Part shown: positions 60,001-64,000 of the stretch, in pieces
Numbering within the stretch: position 1 is the first letter of the stretch
Layout: each line of letters opens with the position of its first letter
Source of the DNA: Clostridia bacterium
Lineage (GTDB): Bacteria > Bacillota > Clostridia > JAAYHZ01
Reading direction: 5' to 3'
Length of the DNA stretch: 64,000 nt
Assembly: GCA_050950825.1 (NCBI GenBank)
Contig: JBMNIH010000002.1
Span: forward strand, 160,001 to 224,000
Translations under genes and position numbers: made by a program
The notes under the pieces: generated by a model
What the model was told of the DNA's origin: nothing
The model's input: the letters and a program-made list of their open reading frames with translations, nothing else
Databases searched by the model: none

Positions 60001-61250
60001 ATTCAAAAAATGTATGCTTTCCATTGTTTACAAAGGAAATGAAAAAAAAGCATACCGTATTGGCTCCCCAAATGTCTCCCCTTCATTTCGACTTGCTAAA
60101 GGAAGCCTTCATAAGCGAAGGGTATCGCTTAAACGTGTTACCGATACAAACGCCATCTACGGTGGAAACGGGGTTAAAATACGTCCATAACGATTCTTGC
60201 TATCCTTCCATCCTGATCGTCGGCCAAATCATCGAGGCGTTACGGTCGGGAGAATACGACACCGACAACGTTTCGGTAATCATCACACAAAGCGGCGGAG
60301 GATGCAGGCAATCCAATTATTATGCCCTCATTCGAAAAGCCTTGTGCGAAGCCGGATTTTCCCATGTACCGATCATCTCCTTAAGCACTCTGAAAACCGA
60401 TACTCAGCCCGGATTCTCCTTTACCCTGCCTTTAGCCCGGAAATGCTTGACGGCTCTTGTTTACGGAGATTTATTGGTGAGACTGATTCTTCAAACGCGC
60501 CCTCATGAAAGGACAAAAGGCTCGGCCCGGTCGCTGTACGAAAGTATGCTCCCTTCCCTTTACGAGAATATTCGATCCTGCTCCTTTTCGCATTTTCGAG
60601 AAAATATACGAAGCATTGTCCGTGCTTTTGAAAATATCCGGGTTTTCGACATACCGAAGCCGAAGGTGGGAATCGTAGGAGAAATATTCGCCAAATACAA
60701 CCCCTTATCCAATAACAATTTGACGGAATTTTTAGAAAAGGAAGGCGCCGAAGTGCACCTTCCCGATCTGTCCGATTTCTTTTTGTACTGCCTGTATACC
60801 CGCATCGCCAAATACGAGCTGGGTTTGGCAAACCGTGTTACGAAGCTATCCGGAAGCTTAGGCTTAAGGCTGTTTGACGTATACCGATCCCCTGTTTTAC
60901 ACGCATTGGAGGATAGCAAGCGGTTCGACCGCCCAGGATCCATACAAACCAAAGCGCAGTTGGCGAAAGAATTTATTTCCTTAGGCCATCATACCGGGGA
61001 AGGCTGGCTGATCACCGGCGAAATGGCGGAAATGATTGAAAAAGGTGTAAGCAACATACTTTGCGTACAGCCATTTGCATGCTTGCCCAATCATATTTCG
61101 GGAAAATCGGTTTTCAACGCCATCAAAAAGAAATATCCTCATGCAAATTTAGCGGCCGTGGATTACGACCCCGGAGCCAGCGAAGTCAACCAAATCAGCC
61201 GCATTTTGTTGATGTTAGGCAATGCCAAAAAGAATATGAATATCCGGTAG
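57030..61250 (+). CDS. 2-hydroxyacyl-CoA dehydratase activase-related multidomain protein (two BcrAD/BadFG modules plus dehydratase-like domains)
   Basis: GMDIGSTT/GIDSGSTT, MNGTCAGGTG, NEACSSGCG, SRC(G/T)VF, CYPAK, SFGCG, TGEGW, QPFACLPNH. Confidence 0.9.
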   Translation: MGKNMTTRKYVGMDIGSTTAKVTVLDRNKKVLYSEYKRHHTNIKETVESMIKNICRFADAGGMTVTVTGSAGTAISKHLSLPYMQEVLACTKAVEFLLPQTDTAIELGGEDAKITFFKGGLEQRMNGTCAGGTGAFIDQMAALLNTDAIGLDRLAEKYKYIYPIASRCGVFAKTDIQPLLNDGVAKEDIAASIFQAVVNQTLSGLACGRPLKGNIAFLGGPLHYLPQLRRRFIETLSLSEEQALIPDDGRLFVAYGAALSSFEQEPLSAEEILERLSHPYDDSFFEVPRLRPLFKNEKEYTDFHKRHKEKTTVHAVNPHDPLECYLGIDSGSTTTKAVLIDKEKRLIKTFYRSNEGSPLVQACRILQDIYDEFPNIKILYSGVTGYGELLIKAALKVDFGEIETVAHAKAAQFFVPDADCIIDIGGQDMKCITVKDGVIDNIMLNEACSSGCGSFLEAFAQSLGMSAELFSREAIGAKNPVDLGSRCTVFMNSRVKQAQKEGATVGDISAGLSYSVIKNALHKVMKVKSPEDLGNRIVVQGGTFRNDAVLRAFEIVSGKIPYRPDIAELTGAFGIALLAMEKGKKSTFSTLIGKEELKKFMVTTKTARCERCSNRCLLTVSLFSDGRKYISGNRCEKGADEEKTQERPSDLYEYRLERFFSYRPLKYPIRGTVGIPRALNMFEQYPFWHVFFTRLGFQTVLSSPSSKKLYEKGLETIPADTVCYPAKLMHGHIKDLIEKNPDYIFYPLLPYEKKEFKDADNCYNCPIVASYSETIKNNTEFPQNVKFLNPCLPFHEKRRLIQRLHEEFAFLGISKKEVEDAVKAADSEYRAAKEDIRKKGEEVLRILEETGQKGIVLSGRPYHTDPGIHHGINRLITQMGLSVLTEDSVAHLLPVRRPLRVLDQWTYSSRLYAAAEYTGSNPLLEFVQLTSFGCGIDSVTADQAAEILQKYGKKSTLLKVDEGSGLGAVRIRLRSLKAVMTDDNTQKPVVDSKNVCFPLFTKEMKKKHTVLAPQMSPLHFDLLKEAFISEGYRLNVLPIQTPSTVETGLKYVHNDSCYPSILIVGQIIEALRSGEYDTDNVSVIITQSGGGCRQSNYYALIRKALCEAGFSHVPIISLSTLKTDTQPGFSFTLPLARKCLTALVYGDLLVRLILQTRPHERTKGSARSLYESMLPSLYENIRSCSFSHFRENIRSIVRAFENIRVFDIPKPKVGIVGEIFAKYNPLSNNNLTEFLEKEGAEVHLPDLSDFFLYCLYTRIAKYELGLANRVTKLSGSLGLRLFDVYRSPVLHALEDSKRFDRPGSIQTKAQLAKEFISLGHHTGEGWLITGEMAEMIEKGVSNILCVQPFACLPNHISGKSVFNAIKKKYPHANLAAVDYDPGASEVNQISRILLMLGNAKKNMNIR

Positions 61251-61252
61251 GC

Positions 61253-62428
61253 TTATCGATATTCCAAGCAGCGCTTCCGGTAGTGGCAGTAAAGCTCGAA
61301 GGACACTTCGGCAGGAACGCCGTGATCGCAAGTGGGAATGTATCCTCCCCTTTTTTTCATCACCGGTAAAAGCTCGTCCAAATACCGGTCAATGGCGTCC
61401 TTGCTTTTTGCCAATACCCGTTTATCGATTCCGCCGGACATAACCATATAGGGTCTTTGGGCCCCGGTTACCCGAACATCGCAGCCGGAAGCCACCTCGA
61501 AGGGCGACATACGATCCACACCGATATCGCGGTAAACGTCGATAACGGAATCCAAATAGCCGTCGGTGGCAACATGGATGTATAAATGCCTTTCTTTGTC
61601 AAGCTGTCTTCTTTTTACGTTTTGGATATATTGTTGATAGTAAGGCATTAAAAATTCCCGTATCATCTCAGGAGAAATCAGCGACCCTTTGTTGTAGCAA
61701 ATATCTTCGTCGAACAAAATCTCATCGACGGTAACGTGCTTTTGGTATTCCTCCGTCAACCGATCGGCAACCGCAAGCCACGCTTCCATACACTCATGGA
61801 TTAATTTAGGGTTGTCGTAGAACATGTACAAAAGCTCCACCGGTCCGATGAGACTTCTTAGGTACATGTATCCTCCTACCACGTATTGGGTAACGATTTG
61901 ACCTTCCCTTGCGGCTTTTACGGCCTTGGCCATGTGAATATCCAAATTCTTAAATCTATCCTTGGAGCCGGGATCCATTCTCCATTTGCAATTTTCCTCC
62001 CAGGTCTTCTTATCTTTTACCGGGTGGTCCAGATATTCCGGCATAAATCCGTTTCTTCTTCCTTTAAAGCATAGGACCCGGCGTCCGACTTTGTCCTGCA
62101 CCACCTCATGCTCGCCCCTGTCTTCCAGCACCATTTCCGGATAGTAGGGGTCAAAGGGCGCTTCGCACCCTCCTATCACCGGTAAGAAGAATTGGGCATC
62201 GTCGTCGTATCCGAATATCTCTTTTCTCTTCACCGGATCCATGACGGTCTTTTCATCGACCTCTCCCCGTTCGATCCATGCCTCCAAGCAGTAATAGCCG
62301 AACTCCTTTTGGTATATTCTTGCACCGGGCTTAATGGCATAGGTGTCTCTTAGAATTCTTGCGCTTTCCGACATTTTTTCATAAGGAACCGGTTTTGAAA
62401 TGCCAAGATCTTTATCGTTCAGTTCCAT
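61253..62428 (-). CDS. Uroporphyrinogen decarboxylase-family protein (MtaA/CmuA-like methyltransferase fold)
   Basis: EDICY..GSLISP, TDG, PFEVASG, GGIDK and GGYIPTCDH motifs. Confidence 0.8.
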   Translation of the reverse strand: MELNDKDLGISKPVPYEKMSESARILRDTYAIKPGARIYQKEFGYYCLEAWIERGEVDEKTVMDPVKRKEIFGYDDDAQFFLPVIGGCEAPFDPYYPEMVLEDRGEHEVVQDKVGRRVLCFKGRRNGFMPEYLDHPVKDKKTWEENCKWRMDPGSKDRFKNLDIHMAKAVKAAREGQIVTQYVVGGYMYLRSLIGPVELLYMFYDNPKLIHECMEAWLAVADRLTEEYQKHVTVDEILFDEDICYNKGSLISPEMIREFLMPYYQQYIQNVKRRQLDKERHLYIHVATDGYLDSVIDVYRDIGVDRMSPFEVASGCDVRVTGAQRPYMVMSGGIDKRVLAKSKDAIDRYLDELLPVMKKRGGYIPTCDHGVPAEVSFELYCHYRKRCLEYR

Positions 62429-62439
62429 ATTTTTTCTCC

Positions 62440-63564
62440 TTATCCTCCGATGTATTCTTTCCGCCATTTTTCCCAAAAGATGTCCTTCCCTCGATCGGAC
62501 ATGAGATTTCCGATATCCTCTCTTGTTGCGCCTTCCTCGAACATTCTTTCAACCGTTTCGCAAGCTTCGATAAAGCTCAAAACAACTTCTACGGAATTCT
62601 TGTCAATATGAACGGCTTCCGAGAAAACGCCGCGGGCACCGTCTCTTACGGCGGCATAAACAAAATCCTTTGCCAATGTTTTATCCAGCAATCGATGGTA
62701 GATGCTGCACATTCTCCACATGAAGGGTACACTGCAGCCGTGAGAAATAATCCGAGGATTCAGCTTCGGCGAAACGGAAGGATCATACATGGTAATGCCT
62801 AAGGTATCCAAATGCTTCAGATGCTTTTCCGTCATATCCTCGCAGTGGAGGCTTCGCCTGCCCGGCTCCACGTCCGAATAAAGGATTTCCAAATAAGGTA
62901 TGACGAAATCCTCCCACATATCGGGAGGCACCAAAGCGGCGCAATCGTCGCAAATACCGGTTAAGTTTTTGTACTCAATACCGATCACCTTGGCATAAAA
63001 TTTTTTATACCGTATAACGCTGTAGGCGATTTTTTCAAGCATAGTCTTCAATTTTTCAGGCTCATCGTACAGGGAATAATAAAGGTCCAAATCCAGCATG
63101 GTATAGGCCTCCGTAACGGGGCCTTCGTAAGTCATACCGAAACCCACGTTTTTTCCCGGGAAAGCTTCCATGAGCTTCTCACGATACTCCAAGAAGAAAG
63201 GAATCTTTCCCTCTTTGGAAAAATCTCTTTCGCGGCTCAATATTTCGATCCACTCATTAATGGAAAACGCGGACCTTTCGTAATTGACTTCTCCGTCTCC
63301 CTCGGGGAATACCAAGGGAACGCCGACACCGTTTAAATGTCCATAGGAAACGGGCGGTGTGGAGATGCCCGGTCGCCTTATACGAGGGTTGTTCCCGAAA
63401 ATTTCCAGATAAGCATTCACATTTTTCGGGTCGTACATTTTGACAGCCGCCTTGTAATCGGTGTTAAATTCGTAGAGCGAAACTTCCGCCAACTTCGCCA
63501 AAGTGCTAACCGACGAATTGACGTACCAAAGGAATTTTTCCTTTTCTTTTACGTTTTTACTCAT
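62440..63564 (-). CDS. Divergent URO-D/methyltransferase-fold protein
   Basis: EGPVTEA...LYDEPE, ICDDCAALVPP.MWEDFVIPY and LHC motifs. Confidence 0.65.
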   Translation of the reverse strand: MSKNVKEKEKFLWYVNSSVSTLAKLAEVSLYEFNTDYKAAVKMYDPKNVNAYLEIFGNNPRIRRPGISTPPVSYGHLNGVGVPLVFPEGDGEVNYERSAFSINEWIEILSRERDFSKEGKIPFFLEYREKLMEAFPGKNVGFGMTYEGPVTEAYTMLDLDLYYSLYDEPEKLKTMLEKIAYSVIRYKKFYAKVIGIEYKNLTGICDDCAALVPPDMWEDFVIPYLEILYSDVEPGRRSLHCEDMTEKHLKHLDTLGITMYDPSVSPKLNPRIISHGCSVPFMWRMCSIYHRLLDKTLAKDFVYAAVRDGARGVFSEAVHIDKNSVEVVLSFIEACETVERMFEEGATREDIGNLMSDRGKDIFWEKWRKEYIGG

Positions 63565-63592
63565 ATTTTGTCCTTTCAAGCAAAATATTTTT

Positions 63593-63613
63593 AAAAGGGC
63601 GCTTTCGCGCCCG
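63593..63613 (-). terminator. Probable terminator after the fucosidase
   Basis: GGGCGC-TTTC-GCGCCC hairpin with T tail on the minus strand. Confidence 0.55.
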
Positions 63614-63621
63614 TAATCTTG

Positions 63622-64000
63622 TTATTTCAAAAACAGCTCGATAACCGGCACCGTGACATTGGGCTTTTTCACGGGCAAGTTCAAAACCAATCCGTTATTA
63701 TCCGTTTTCTTCATAATGATTTCGGAGGCATCGTTCAAAAGCTGTGCGTATTCTACCTTATCCGCCATTCCGTCTAAGAACAGATGCTTAAACGGCCATG
63801 CAAATACATGCAAATACAAGGTCTTCGTCTTCGGATTGTAGGTGTAACGGCAGTCCCTCGGGCAAATGTATTCGTCGGGCGCTTGGGTGCATCCGTAGAT
63901 GGACCTGCCGTGGCGCTTCATCCATGTGCCGATTCCTTTCAGCCGTTCCAACGCCCTGTCGTCGAATTCTCCTCGAGCGGTAGGTCCTACGTTCAAAAGC
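63622..64000 (-). CDS. Alpha-L-fucosidase (GH29), C-terminal part
   Basis: LLNVGPTARG...L..IG.WM..HG.SIYG and LYLHVF.WP motifs; ORF runs off the window end. Confidence 0.85.
   Translation of the reverse strand, partial: LLNVGPTARGEFDDRALERLKGIGTWMKRHGRSIYGCTQAPDEYICPRDCRYTYNPKTKTLYLHVFAWPFKHLFLDGMADKVEYAQLLNDASEIIMKKTDNNGLVLNLPVKKPNVTVPVIELFLK

Noticed and set aside
1-64000. CRISPR array, rRNA, prophage or defence system
   Set aside because: No regularly spaced repeats and no cas, phage or defence-type ORFs were seen

Overview
Chromosomal window from a spore-forming Clostridia-type anaerobe (spmAB, cwlJ/gerQ-like pair, Firmicutes-type LexA, NrdR and ArgR boxes). Housekeeping content includes argJ, a ClpE/C-type ATPase, uvrA, a class III RNR with a fused redoxin domain, a Cys-less purF homolog, recD2, comF and tRNA-Lys(CTT). 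It also carries an AmmeMemoRadiSam operon, catabolic genes (heparinase II/III-like, GH29, URO-D family pair, CoA activase), a frameshifted MacB-like ABC transporter, an ISLre2 element and two IS110 copies. Two things stand out. (1) An apparently intact IS110 (~15410-17276, minus strand) whose upstream non-coding region reads as a bridge RNA with all four candidate guides identifiable by eye. Its target guide UCACCUCCU is the anti-Shine-Dalgarno sequence, so the element may be RNA-programmed to insert at ribosome-binding-site motifs. (2) A Tad/Flp pilus operon headed by a Hanks Ser/Thr kinase fused to a P-loop-less CpaE/MinD-like domain, near comF/recD2. All calls come from manual motif reading; no searches or folding programs were run.
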